This document shows, piece after piece, positions 8,878-18,743 of a stretch of 64,000 nucleotides of DNA (positions are counted from its first letter, which is position 1; the number at the start of each line of letters is the position of its first letter). The position numbers and the translations under genes were made by a program. The notes beneath the pieces were generated by a model that searched no databases, had not been told where the DNA came from, and saw nothing but the letters and a program-made list of their open reading frames with translations. This DNA comes from Parachlamydiales bacterium. GTDB taxonomy: Bacteria > Chlamydiota > Chlamydiia > Chlamydiales > SM23-39. Location: positions 218,427 to 282,426 of the forward strand of contig JBNLAH010000002.1 in NCBI GenBank assembly GCA_050302075.1. The letters run 5' to 3'.

Positions 8878-10959
8878 CTATTTTCCTTTGATTAAATCAA
8901 TTCCTACATTGAATCGATCATCCGTTTCGGTGTGCCAATACGAAAATTTTACTCTCCAAGAAGAACTTATAAGAGTAAATAAATCGACTTTAAATTCATT
9001 ATAAGGAGGTTGGTTTAAGCGATACCATCCGTGATGGGACTGAAAATGGCATGACCAGTAAGGAGAAAGTCTAAAAAACAGGTCGGTGAGAAGAGTTATT
9101 CTTCTGTCTGAAATAGGGGAGATTAAGAGCTCACTTTCATTTCTTGTAACATCTAGAATAAAATTTCTGTGATTTGCTTTTCTCCAGTCATAACGAGATC
9201 TATATAAGAAGTTTAATTTAAAAGCAGCAAAGCGGTTGATCGTCCAGCTAATTTGAAAGTTTGAATAATCTAATACTTGGTGCCGAAAATTCCAAGCATT
9301 CTGAAAGTTAATCTCTAGTCTTGGATAGGTCCATTCTAAATCAAGATATAATTTTGGAATTTTTTGAGGGATGTCAATATCTGAAAAAAATGCGTTAGCA
9401 TATAGATTAAAGCGAAAAAACAAATTACAGTTTTTCAAATCATAAAATAAGTTCCTAAGTCCTAATTGAAGTTGGTTGATTCTTGTATATCCGTCATCAA
9501 TGCTGAATATAAAATGCTGGTTAATAGCAACTGTTGGTCTTGATAGTCCATGATAAAAAAAGTAAGGTTCAATAGCATGTTTAAAGCAGCTAAACCTGCG
9601 GGAAAGGCGGGAGGTTATATCAGCTCCATATTTTAAAATTCCAAGCCCTGCAGATTTGTCTAATTGTGATTTGTTATAATAAATTCCAACTGCCCCAACA
9701 AATGGAGTTACTTTAAGTGATGGAAAAGAAAAAGGTCTGAATACTTCATGATTTGATTCTAATCTTAATGAGGAAAAATCTTGTAAGTTTGTCTCTAAGT
9801 CATCTGAATATGAGTAATCAAGATAAGATATTTTAGTGAAATTCTTTGAAAAAAGTTCGATTTTGGGAAATTTATAAGTTTTAAAGCTTATATACCCAGT
9901 AGGTAAATCTTGCTTGACTGACTCAAAATCGTTTACTTTGACTCTAGAGTGTAGGGTAGCTACCATATTCTCTTCTTTATGCCTAACAAACAGCTCTGTT
10001 TTCTTTGCTGGATTTATTTCAAAATCATCGCTCTTAAAGTCATTTGGCATCAAAATATCGCTATATTTGTCCCAAGTGATTTTTGCTGTTGTTTTACCCG
10101 TGGGACTTTGTGAGCATCCTTCTCCCTGGTATCTATATCTCCTCATATCTCTGGGATCATTTGGGAGAATATCCCTTGCTAGGTAATTTCTTGAGACAAG
10201 TTTGTGATTTTGATCGTCTGGTAAATAGTGCATCTCTATTGCACCACCATAATTTCTGTTAAGTCTAAAATCTCCACGAATAAAAAATGCTAAATCTTTC
10301 CATGAGTATATTTGATATCTAATTGACGCTCTGGGACCTACTTTCTTATCCCAAGTCATATTATATTTAATTAAAGGATCTTCGTTAAATTTTTTTAGAT
10401 TAATTTTATAAGAAGGAAGCCAAAGAGTCGGTACCCCAAACACTTTGAACTGAATATTCTTAGCATGTAACAGCTCTTCATCATAGATTGATATGCTTTT
10501 AGCATATAGTTCCCATTGGCTTTTTTTTTCAACGCAAGTTGTAGCAAATGCATCTTGAATAAAGAAATCGCCATTACTTTTTAAAGTAATATAGTCGCCT
10601 CCAATATACCAAGGAGATAGATATGTTTTAGCCTTTTTAAGGGTTCCTGTGTTCGTATTTAAATCAAATTCGATTTCATCTGCTACAAAAGTATTGCACT
10701 TTAATTGAAGCATTAAAGCGCCTTTCGCATGGATTTTTTTGATTATTTTTTCATTTTCTATCTTATTGATATATTCAATGTTCTTTGCTTGAATCCTAAA
10801 GTGTTTCCCTTGGATTACACCGCCTTCGGATGTTGAAAAAATTCCGTCTTGATAAATCGGCTTTTTTAAATCAAGGGTCATTTCTTCTTTTTCTTTGCAA
10901 AGCAATGGCTCTGTTATAAGAAAAAAGAAAAAGGAAGAAATAAATATTTTTTTGAGCAT
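8878..10959 (-). CDS. Chlamydial LptD/OstA-like outer membrane protein (CT351-like)
   Basis: Signal peptide, OstA-like N-terminal region (FATTC, VPTLWLP), aromatic beta-barrel-like C-terminus; adjacent to a HEAT-repeat gene. Confidence 0.7.
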   Translation of the reverse strand: MLKKIFISSFFFFLITEPLLCKEKEEMTLDLKKPIYQDGIFSTSEGGVIQGKHFRIQAKNIEYINKIENEKIIKKIHAKGALMLQLKCNTFVADEIEFDLNTNTGTLKKAKTYLSPWYIGGDYITLKSNGDFFIQDAFATTCVEKKSQWELYAKSISIYDEELLHAKNIQFKVFGVPTLWLPSYKINLKKFNEDPLIKYNMTWDKKVGPRASIRYQIYSWKDLAFFIRGDFRLNRNYGGAIEMHYLPDDQNHKLVSRNYLARDILPNDPRDMRRYRYQGEGCSQSPTGKTTAKITWDKYSDILMPNDFKSDDFEINPAKKTELFVRHKEENMVATLHSRVKVNDFESVKQDLPTGYISFKTYKFPKIELFSKNFTKISYLDYSYSDDLETNLQDFSSLRLESNHEVFRPFSFPSLKVTPFVGAVGIYYNKSQLDKSAGLGILKYGADITSRLSRRFSCFKHAIEPYFFYHGLSRPTVAINQHFIFSIDDGYTRINQLQLGLRNLFYDLKNCNLFFRFNLYANAFFSDIDIPQKIPKLYLDLEWTYPRLEINFQNAWNFRHQVLDYSNFQISWTINRFAAFKLNFLYRSRYDWRKANHRNFILDVTRNESELLISPISDRRITLLTDLFFRLSPYWSCHFQSHHGWYRLNQPPYNEFKVDLFTLISSSWRVKFSYWHTETDDRFNVGIDLIKGK

Positions 10960-11005
10960 TTTAGTAGAAATAAAAATCTAAGATTAACAAAAAGGTTAAA
11001 ATTGC

Positions 11006-12697
11006 TCAATGGCTACAGGCTAAGACTAAAAGTCCTGCTAACACATAACGGTTTTTTGGGTTTCCTTTTTTCATAGCATCCAGTACTGAATAGATACTCA
11101 TTTCATCTTGTTTTGAAGCCAAAGACAGATAAACATCGATCAATAAACGAGAAGTCTCATCAGTGTCTAGATCATATTTAGTTTTCTCAGGTCGGATATT
11201 AAACGAAAGATAAGGTTGTAGTCGAATTAACTCGTTATGATTTTGCCTTAGCAGCCACCCTCTAATATACCCCTCATGTTCCTTTCCTTCGTTCATTCTA
11301 AACAAAGCTAAATGACAGTAATCACGTACAAAGGGAGCTCCAGCTTTCTTTGAGTATTTTTTTAAAAGTGAAATTGTGGCAGGACTTTGTTTGTTTTCTA
11401 ACAAAGATACAAGTTGTGGCACCAAGTCATTTTGGCTATTGTCAAAGATTACTTTGGCAATTTCTAATAGTGCTTCTTCTTCCAACTCGAGTACTTCTCT
11501 TAAATAAGCTTGTTTCAGATTAAGTGATAAAGATAAGTCTAGTGTTGGGTCTTTCAATCTTTGAGACGAAGAGGGTATTGGTTTTATTGCACTATGGGCA
11601 TAGCCCAAGGAATGAGATATTTGATAAGCAATATCTTTTGTGTCACTTACGAAAAACTCTTTTAAAAAACCCACACATCTAGAGTCTTTTCTTCTTAAAA
11701 GTGAAAGCATTGCATTTATACGAACTTGAAAATTAGGAGACTTACAGAGAATTAAAAGAGAGTTCTCACTATTTTCAATCTCAGCTAAAGCATTAATTGC
11801 AAAGACATTTGAATTTAGCGCCATTTTTTTTATATTTTCTCCGTAGCTAGTCTCTCCTAAACTATAAAGACTTTTGTATGCTGCAAGCCTAACGTTTTTA
11901 TCAGGTGATTTGCTAAGCTGTTTTAGCACTTTATAGCTTTTAGAGTCTTTTAGAATCCCTAAAGCAAGAGCGCTTATTTCTTGCTCAGCTATATTGGTGT
12001 GGGAAGCTGCTTTCCTAATTAAGTCGATCAAGTCATCTCTGTTGGTTGCAGCAGCGCTGATAATAGCCTGTACACGAGTAATTGGATAAGGGTCAGACAT
12101 TAGTTTTTTTAAACTTGCCGTAGCTTCCGCAGTTCCTGAAATGGCAAATAATTTAGGAAAGTATGGCCTAAAAAAAAATGGAAGTTTTTGCATTAGTGAT
12201 TCTATTTGTCCTACTGCAGATGGATGTTTTCTAGTAGCTAAAATATAAGCAGCTTCAACTCTAATTTGCAAATAATCAGACGACATAGCTTGAATAAGGA
12301 GACTGTCAACATAATCTTCAGGATATTGAGATAAAAAATGAAGGGCTACAAGCTGGACTTGAGCGTCATTTGACTGAAGCCCTCTTTCAATAATTTCTAG
12401 TGAACTTTTGCTTTGCGCTATTCCCGCCCCAAAAACAGATAATAAGTTTGTTTCAACATCATCAGTATCAATCCCTTTTTTCATTAGGATATAGCACATC
12501 TGCTGCAGAGTTTCTAAATCTGCTATTTTTTCCTTAGAGCAATAACTTATGAACTTGTCAATAGACCTTTCTACTTCACCAGCTTGCATTAAAAACAAAA
12601 CATGATTCTTACTATTTTCTGAGTCTCCAAATACATGAGTTGTTAGTGATAAGATAATTATTCCCAGCCCACCAATAAAAGATCTTAAATTTTTCAT
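11006..12697 (-). CDS. HEAT-repeat protein (CT350-like)
   Basis: Repeated L.S.D..VR..A...L motifs; signal peptide; chlamydial pairing with the LptD-like gene. Confidence 0.75.
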   Translation of the reverse strand: MKNLRSFIGGLGIIILSLTTHVFGDSENSKNHVLFLMQAGEVERSIDKFISYCSKEKIADLETLQQMCYILMKKGIDTDDVETNLLSVFGAGIAQSKSSLEIIERGLQSNDAQVQLVALHFLSQYPEDYVDSLLIQAMSSDYLQIRVEAAYILATRKHPSAVGQIESLMQKLPFFFRPYFPKLFAISGTAEATASLKKLMSDPYPITRVQAIISAAATNRDDLIDLIRKAASHTNIAEQEISALALGILKDSKSYKVLKQLSKSPDKNVRLAAYKSLYSLGETSYGENIKKMALNSNVFAINALAEIENSENSLLILCKSPNFQVRINAMLSLLRRKDSRCVGFLKEFFVSDTKDIAYQISHSLGYAHSAIKPIPSSSQRLKDPTLDLSLSLNLKQAYLREVLELEEEALLEIAKVIFDNSQNDLVPQLVSLLENKQSPATISLLKKYSKKAGAPFVRDYCHLALFRMNEGKEHEGYIRGWLLRQNHNELIRLQPYLSFNIRPEKTKYDLDTDETSRLLIDVYLSLASKQDEMSIYSVLDAMKKGNPKNRYVLAGLLVLACSH

Positions 12698-12924
12698 GCC
12701 TGAGTCGCTCTAGTTAAAATTATTAATATAACGAACGGGTAAGGTTTTTTGTTACTTAAAAATTGACACTCAAGGAGACGTAAAGAGCACCTGTTTCAGA
12801 TCCAATTTAGTTTTAAGTAACTAAAAAAATACAAGAATTTTAATTTTGAAAATTGAAGAAGGATAGAAAACTAGGAGGAGTTTCTAATTGTCCAGCAAGT
12901 TGCTGGACTTATTTCATGCGCTAG

Positions 12925-13238
12925 ATAGAAATTTATCATAAGGATCTTTAATGGTTTGTTAAGCGAGATCTGATTGAGGGGAGGAAAGTATTTAGAAAAT
13001 TTGTGATTTCTTTGCCTTATCTGCTAAAAAGATCAGACTCTATCCACATTTGAAGCTCGCTTCGACTCCACCCTTTTTCAATAGTTTGCTGAGCAAATAC
13101 CACTGCCTTTCTTATTACATTATGATACCAAGGGATATTAAGGCTGAGCCCCAGTGGATTTTCTAATTATCGTGCAGCTTGCGCGAGTTTTGAAAATGCT
13201 AAATAAAAGGATCTTATTTGGTTAAAGAGTTTTGGTTG
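12925..13238 (-). pseudogene. Degraded YhcG/DUF1016 (PD-(D/E)XK nuclease family) N-terminal region
   Basis: Manual translation IRSFYLAFSKLAQAAR*...NIPWYHNV...AQQTIEKGWSRSELQMWIESDLFSR*GKEITNF, frameshift, PQSDLA*QTIKDPY; matches the DUF1016 consensus with 3 in-frame TAA stops. Confidence 0.8.
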
Positions 13239-13309
13239 GGTAGTGCATTGACTAAATTTTTTTGGTTTTAATGTTACCTGTCTTTCATGAGATATGTGGT
13301 TTAAAGATA

Positions 13310-13351
13310 TGGGGCAACTAGGACTTGAACCCGGGGCCAACGGATTATGAG
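13310..13351 (-). mobile_element. 3'-half tRNA(CAT, Ile2/Met-like) fragment; probable att-site scar of an integrative element
   Basis: Reverse complement CTCATAATCCGTTGGCCCCGGGTTCAAGTCCTAGTTGCCCCA = anticodon loop, variable loop, T arm and 3' acceptor strand; no 5' half. Confidence 0.75.
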
Positions 13352-13526
13352 GGAGGGAGAACCCAGTTCTACCCATAACTATCCAGCATTAATAGGAGTG
13401 ATTGTAAGGGAGATAAGTTGAAAAGTCTAATGGTTTCTAATGGTTAGAAACAGTGCAAGAGGAAATTCAGTGCCCGTTTTTGAACCTCTGATATATCATC
13501 GTGTAGTATTTTATTAGGTGATACTC

Positions 13527-14492
13527 ATGGAAAAAAATGACTTGATAGATTTTTTTGAGCAAGCTGCTAGTGAAATGCAGCAAGAATATGTAAGGATTAA
13601 AAAAGACTCAAAGGAGGACGGAGGAACAGCAGGAGACGAAGGTGAAGAGAATTGGGCTAATCTTCTGAAAAGATGGCTTCCTAAAGAATATGAAATAGTG
13701 ACTAAAGGAAAAATAATTTTTGAAGATGGTTCATTAAGTCCTCAGCTTGACGTCCTCGTTCTGAAAAGCTGCTATCCTGTTGGGTTAATTGAAAGAAAGG
13801 TGAAAAAATACCTGTCGAGATGTGTTGCTGCTGCTTTTGAGTGTAAACTAACTTTAAAAAAAGAGCATTTTCCAAAATTTTTTGAAACAGCAAGAATATT
13901 AAAAACAAAAATCTCGGATAAAGGTGCTTCTCCATACAAGGAATTACATGCCCCTATTATTTTTGGCTTGTTAGCCCATAGTTCTGATGTCACGGCGAGC
14001 AAAAAAAAGCTTTCTCATAGCATTATTAGCAGTGAAATCGAAAAAGGAGATTTAACTTATATCAAACACCCCATTGAAATGCCAGACTTAATATGTGTGG
14101 CAGATTTAGCTAATTGGTCTTTGTTGAAAAATTATATTGGGCCATCAATTGTCCCTCATTGGGAGAAGATAGCACATATTTATGGTAATCAGGAGCATGT
14201 CTTTACATCTTATATTTTCCAACACGTTTCTTCATTCGAACAGATGAAAGGTTTTACCCCGATAGGTGGTTTTATCAGCGCACTTACATACAAACTGTCA
14301 TGGGCAAACCCCAATTTGAGAGATTTAGCCCTTTATTATTGTTTGGGAAAAATTATCGCCAATGGAAAAGGCATCAATAATAGGCCTTGGAATCCTAAGG
14401 AAGTTTATTCCACAACAGTTCAATCTGGAATCAAGCAAAGAAAACTCGTGAATGGCGAACATTGGCATGAATGGTCTATAGCTTTTATGTAA
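13527..14492 (+). CDS. DUF6602-like protein, predicted PD-(D/E)XK nuclease fold
   Basis: GDEGEENW..LL..WLP..Y...TKGKI....SPQLDVLVL...AAAFECK (E...D...ExK); AGGTGA RBS before ATG 13527. Confidence 0.65.
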   Translation: MEKNDLIDFFEQAASEMQQEYVRIKKDSKEDGGTAGDEGEENWANLLKRWLPKEYEIVTKGKIIFEDGSLSPQLDVLVLKSCYPVGLIERKVKKYLSRCVAAAFECKLTLKKEHFPKFFETARILKTKISDKGASPYKELHAPIIFGLLAHSSDVTASKKKLSHSIISSEIEKGDLTYIKHPIEMPDLICVADLANWSLLKNYIGPSIVPHWEKIAHIYGNQEHVFTSYIFQHVSSFEQMKGFTPIGGFISALTYKLSWANPNLRDLALYYCLGKIIANGKGINNRPWNPKEVYSTTVQSGIKQRKLVNGEHWHEWSIAFM

Positions 14493-14600
14493 ATAGGTAT
14501 GGCAGAAAGTCTAAGTTAGAATTTTCCCATCCTTTCAGCAATTCCGAATATAGCTTGTGTATCAAGTTGCTGTATTTCTTCTAATATCAAAAGTAAGTGA

Positions 14601-14819
14601 CAAGAGTGCCACTTTACCAATACATGTTTAAGTGGGTCTAATTTTGAAGATTCAGATTTAGCAGGAACGCTTTTTCATAATAGCGATCTTTCAAAGTGCG
14701 ATTTCTCTAAGGCTTTCAATTACGATATCGACCCAGTAACTAATAACATTAAAAAAGCTAAATTTTCCCTTCCTGAGGCAGTAGGACTTTTGCGCGGCTT
14801 TGACATCGTTCTCATGTAG
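14601..14819 (+). pseudogene. 5'-truncated pentapeptide-repeat protein (C-terminal part)
   Basis: QECHFTNTCLSGSNFEDSDLAGTLFHNSDLSKCDFSKAFNYDIDPVTNNIKKAKFSLPEAVGLLRGFDIVLM*; in-frame TGA immediately upstream, no start codon. Confidence 0.75.
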
Positions 14820-14847
14820 AAACTTACACAGATTTAAGTTAGCTCTT

Positions 14848-15045
14848 TTAACTATGTTCCTCATCATTTTTTTCAGATTTTTTAGAACAAACCTGACAGG
14901 AGCCTTCATCACATTTTTTGTTTTTAGGTAAACTTCCACATCCTTTTTTTAATCGAGGTTTACCGGTTAGAATCAATCCAATCGATAAACCCAATAAGCA
15001 AAGAGCAACAATAATTACTGAAAATAAAATTGTTTTAATAAGCAT
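14848..15045 (-). CDS. Small membrane protein with Cys cluster, NqrM-like
   Basis: N-terminal TM helix, then LKKGCG...C...CQVC. Confidence 0.5.
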   Translation of the reverse strand: MLIKTILFSVIIVALCLLGLSIGLILTGKPRLKKGCGSLPKNKKCDEGSCQVCSKKSEKNDEEHS

Positions 15046-16938
15046 CTATTTCTTCTTTGCTTTCTTCGATATTCCGCCACCTTCCATTTGATCAATCCAT
15101 ATAGGGGAGGACCAGGCGATGTGCCCATCTTCTTGTGTAATTCTTAAATAGTAGAAGACAAAAGGAGGTCTATCATCATTGGATTTAATAACTACATCTG
15201 AAAGGCGTTCAATATCATCAAAACTAAAGTTAAAATCATCTTTTTCAGGATGGTAAATTTTTATGACAGATCCATTTCTAATAATCTCAACTGATGCTAG
15301 TTTTTGGGTTCCAACAGCATATCCTGAAATATGCCGATTATACTCTAATCCAGGTTTTTCTTTTGAGTTAAGTTCAGCTCCCATTGAGGCAGATGCAATA
15401 TTAATTCCAACTAAGATTCTAGCTCCGGTTGTTGCATAACAAGAACGTTTATGTAAAGCCTCAAATAAAGATGATCGATTATGATTTTTAGATAAAATTG
15501 CAGTAAGACCTGCCGAGTATTTTTCTTGGGCTGCTTCATCTAGTTCTTTATACACGCCCCGCTCATCTAATCCACCAGCAACAAAACCAAACCTACAATT
15601 GTTCTTTAGGGCTGAAATAATAGAGCCCTCAGGTGCTTCTGAGATAGATTTTTTTCCCTTTCCTTTAATAGGCCTTAAATTCTTCTCTTTTTCTGTGCAT
15701 TCTGATGATCCCCAAGCATTGTATATTTCGACAACACGTTCAAACTCTGGATTAAAATTCTTAAAGTCATAGCTATGTCCCTTACCCATAGTAAAAGTTG
15801 GGATTGCCATCCACTCTTTAGATGGGTAAGTCTTATATATTTTTTTTAAAGAGTTACTTTTATTGTCTTTTTTTCTGAGAATAGGTTTGTTTTCTTTAGA
15901 ACAGATAAACTGCCGAATTCCTTCTTCTTTTGGATCTCCTACCCACTGAAATCCTAAAAAGCAAGTGAATCTATCTTCTTCATTAAATTCATTGAGATAC
16001 TGGATAACATTTTTCCATAGATCATTTGTAGTGCTATCTTCATTTTCAAAATGCGAAGCCGCATGAAAGTGAGCAGCCTTATCATCGCGGAAAAATCTTA
16101 AATGGCTTTCAATATTTTCATCTGAATCTACTTTTTCAGACTCGCCATGTAAGACTCCCCAAAATAAAGATGTATCTCCATCAGCAAAACATTTTATAGG
16201 GGGAGATTGGTATGTAATGTTGTTCAATTGATTTAGAAGTTTTATCTTGTAAGTTCCAGGTTCATTAAAATATAAGTTAGGTAAGTTTATAAAACCAGTT
16301 TCTGGTACAAAAAGCTTCCAACTTAATGATTCATGGAACGATCCATAACTTAGGTCGATTAAAGTTCCTTCTGGAGCATAAGAAGTTAAATTCCCATATT
16401 TATCTTCAAAGCGAACAATGACATCAAATCGTTTATTCCTGGCAATTAAAGAGGGAGCTATTACTCGTATATTATTAAGTTCTCCACCTCGAATATCCAT
16501 ATGAAAAGACTCCGGATCTTGATAATTGCCTTTTCCTTTCGGGTCAACATATAAGTGAAATGTTTTACGTCTTTGTGTGTTTTTCTGACATTGATTACCA
16601 TGTTTTTCAGCATCCTTTGCTGGAGTACCCATTATGATCATAAGTGTTTCTCCAGACTTAACTTCTAAAGGCAGGGTAAACTCATATTCAGAAGAATCTT
16701 TATCTTTTTTCGCAACAAATGCTTTGCCGTTTGGAAGCTGGCCCCATATCAAATTAGTTGAGTTTTTAACATCTGTTTGAGGGAGCTGCCAGTCGATTGG
16801 TCGGTTTTTTAACAGCATGTCAAGTTTTAACTTTGTCCCTTTGGGAAGAGTAGTAGCTGTCGTGTAAACTAATTTCCAAACTCCAACCTGACCTGCATAT
16901 GCAAAGTTAGGCTCACAGTAACAAACAGATCTGCGCAT
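15046..16938 (-). CDS. DUF3604-family protein (CT425-like)
   Basis: MRRSVCYCEP start, WGVLHGESE, VVEIYNAWGSSE, R.CYATTGARI, YYLRITQEDGHIAWSSPIWID. Confidence 0.8.
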   Translation of the reverse strand: MRRSVCYCEPNFAYAGQVGVWKLVYTTATTLPKGTKLKLDMLLKNRPIDWQLPQTDVKNSTNLIWGQLPNGKAFVAKKDKDSSEYEFTLPLEVKSGETLMIIMGTPAKDAEKHGNQCQKNTQRRKTFHLYVDPKGKGNYQDPESFHMDIRGGELNNIRVIAPSLIARNKRFDVIVRFEDKYGNLTSYAPEGTLIDLSYGSFHESLSWKLFVPETGFINLPNLYFNEPGTYKIKLLNQLNNITYQSPPIKCFADGDTSLFWGVLHGESEKVDSDENIESHLRFFRDDKAAHFHAASHFENEDSTTNDLWKNVIQYLNEFNEEDRFTCFLGFQWVGDPKEEGIRQFICSKENKPILRKKDNKSNSLKKIYKTYPSKEWMAIPTFTMGKGHSYDFKNFNPEFERVVEIYNAWGSSECTEKEKNLRPIKGKGKKSISEAPEGSIISALKNNCRFGFVAGGLDERGVYKELDEAAQEKYSAGLTAILSKNHNRSSLFEALHKRSCYATTGARILVGINIASASMGAELNSKEKPGLEYNRHISGYAVGTQKLASVEIIRNGSVIKIYHPEKDDFNFSFDDIERLSDVVIKSNDDRPPFVFYYLRITQEDGHIAWSSPIWIDQMEGGGISKKAKKK

Positions 16939-17002
16939 ATAATTATCCTTTCTTTATTTATATTTTGCCTTATCATTGGATGTATTTCAAGAAAGCAATC
17001 CT

Positions 17003-18280
17003 TTAAACACTCTTTCTTGGAATTATTCTAATTTTGTTTATGCATCTTTCCGAGGAGCTAATGACTTCAAGCTCAAATTTATCATGGTGTAATTTCCACC
17101 CTTTAGATGGAATTGTCCCAGCTCGATGAAAAACGTATCCACCAATTGTCTCATATTCTGGATTATGAGGAATTGAAATTCCTAGTTTACTCTCAATATC
17201 AATAATGCTCATTTTTGCATCTACCAACCATTCATCATTTTTAAGTTTTGTAAAAGGCTCTTCTTCAGCTACGTCATATTCATCTTCGATTTCACCTACT
17301 ATTTCTTCTAGGATATCTTCAATAGTGATTATTCCTTCCGTTCCACCATACTCATTAACTACAACTGCCATATGAGTTTGTTTATTCCTAAATTCCTGTA
17401 AAAGGTGAGATATCTTTTTGTTTTCTGGAGAGTAGATGACTTGTTTTAATAAAGATTGAACTGAAAAGTTAAGCAACTTTTCGTTCTTCTTTTGTTCCGC
17501 ATAGAATGTTAAAAGATCCTTATAGAGTAAAACTCCGATGATTTCGTCCAAAGACTCTTTGTAAATTGGAACTCTGCTGTATTCTTCTTCTAAAAAAACA
17601 TTAGTAGCCTGTGCTAAGGTTGCATTAAGTGGAAGTGCAATTATGTCTATTTTAGGGATCATGACTTCTCTTGCTACTCTTTTTCGAAAAGAAACTAATG
17701 AATTGATTAGCTTTTGATCATATGGCTCTAAATATTGAATAAACTCAGAGTCCTTTATCATCTCCTTCATCTTTTCTTCAATAGGAGGTTGAGAGGTGCT
17801 TTCTGGTTGAATATTTTCTAATAGATATCTTCCAAACTTTAAAAAAATTCCAACAAAGGGAAAGAAAATAGTTAAGATGATTGACACAATTAAGGCGGTA
17901 CTTTGGATGACGGCCTTAGGTATCATCACAGCTAAGATTCTCATCAGAAACTCGGCAAAAGTAGAGATAGCTAATACAATTAAAACAATTAATAAGAAGT
18001 TTATTTTTGTTGATGAGAACAAATATATGCATGAAAAACCTGCATATAGTATTAACAGAACATGCTTTGTTAAGCTAATCGTCAAATACAAACTTTTCCA
18101 TTTGTTTTTAGCTAGAAATTTTTTAAATATGATTTGAAAGAAAAAAAGCTTAGGTATTTTTTTCTCAATAAACTCACTGCTTTCAAACTTTCCAAGTTGG
18201 GCAAAGGCGGCATAGAAAGTTGATAAAAGCATAGCTCCTAATAGAAAAGATGAGGGGATTAGTATTTCGCTTAGTCTCAA
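17003..18280 (-). CDS. Hemolysin-family CNNM/CBS/CorC protein (CT423-like)
   Basis: TM region, AREVMIP, YSRVPIY, VVNEYGGTEGIITIEDILEEIVGEIEDEYD, YETIGGY. Confidence 0.9.
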   Translation of the reverse strand: MRLSEILIPSSFLLGAMLLSTFYAAFAQLGKFESSEFIEKKIPKLFFFQIIFKKFLAKNKWKSLYLTISLTKHVLLILYAGFSCIYLFSSTKINFLLIVLIVLAISTFAEFLMRILAVMIPKAVIQSTALIVSIILTIFFPFVGIFLKFGRYLLENIQPESTSQPPIEEKMKEMIKDSEFIQYLEPYDQKLINSLVSFRKRVAREVMIPKIDIIALPLNATLAQATNVFLEEEYSRVPIYKESLDEIIGVLLYKDLLTFYAEQKKNEKLLNFSVQSLLKQVIYSPENKKISHLLQEFRNKQTHMAVVVNEYGGTEGIITIEDILEEIVGEIEDEYDVAEEEPFTKLKNDEWLVDAKMSIIDIESKLGISIPHNPEYETIGGYVFHRAGTIPSKGWKLHHDKFELEVISSSERCINKIRIIPRKSV

Positions 18281-18293
18281 AAGTCGTCCTAAA

Positions 18294-18740
18294 TTATTTT
18301 TTTATTAAATTTTCTTTCTTTAAAAAATCCATACATTGTTTTTCTTTTTTTTTCATGAGTATTCTGTCTTTTTCTTGAATATCATCAAAGCCGATCAAAT
18401 GTAGTATCCCATGAACCATGTATAGATAAACCTCTTCATAGGGGTCTAAATTATGTTCCTTGGCATATTTTATTGCAGTATCTGTACATACAAAAACCTC
18501 GCCTAATATTCTATTTCCAATAGCTGTTTCTTCATCTATTGGAAAAGTTATACAGTCTGTAGGCGATGGATCATCAAAAAATTCTTCGTGAAGTTTGCAG
18601 ATTTCTTTTTCATCTACAAAATCAAATATGATTTCATGACAGTCTATACTCAGATATGACAAAAGGGCTTTTACCATTTTGGTAATAGCCCTTTTATATA
18701 GTTTTAGTCCTTTCTGGTAATCAAAAATGGTGACTTTCAC
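18294..18740 (-). CDS. ybeY: rRNA maturation endoribonuclease YbeY
   Basis: PTDCITFP, LGEVFV, HGILHLIGFDD. Confidence 0.92.
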   Translation of the reverse strand: MKVTIFDYQKGLKLYKRAITKMVKALLSYLSIDCHEIIFDFVDEKEICKLHEEFFDDPSPTDCITFPIDEETAIGNRILGEVFVCTDTAIKYAKEHNLDPYEEVYLYMVHGILHLIGFDDIQEKDRILMKKKEKQCMDFLKKENLIKK

Positions 18741-18743
18741 AAA

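Noticed and set aside
13167..13376. 69-aa ORF from the track
   Set aside because: Chimeric reading through the tRNA fragment and the YhcG pseudogene; not a real gene
14691..14939. 82-aa minus-strand ORF
   Set aside because: Shadow of the pentapeptide fragment and the NqrM-like gene
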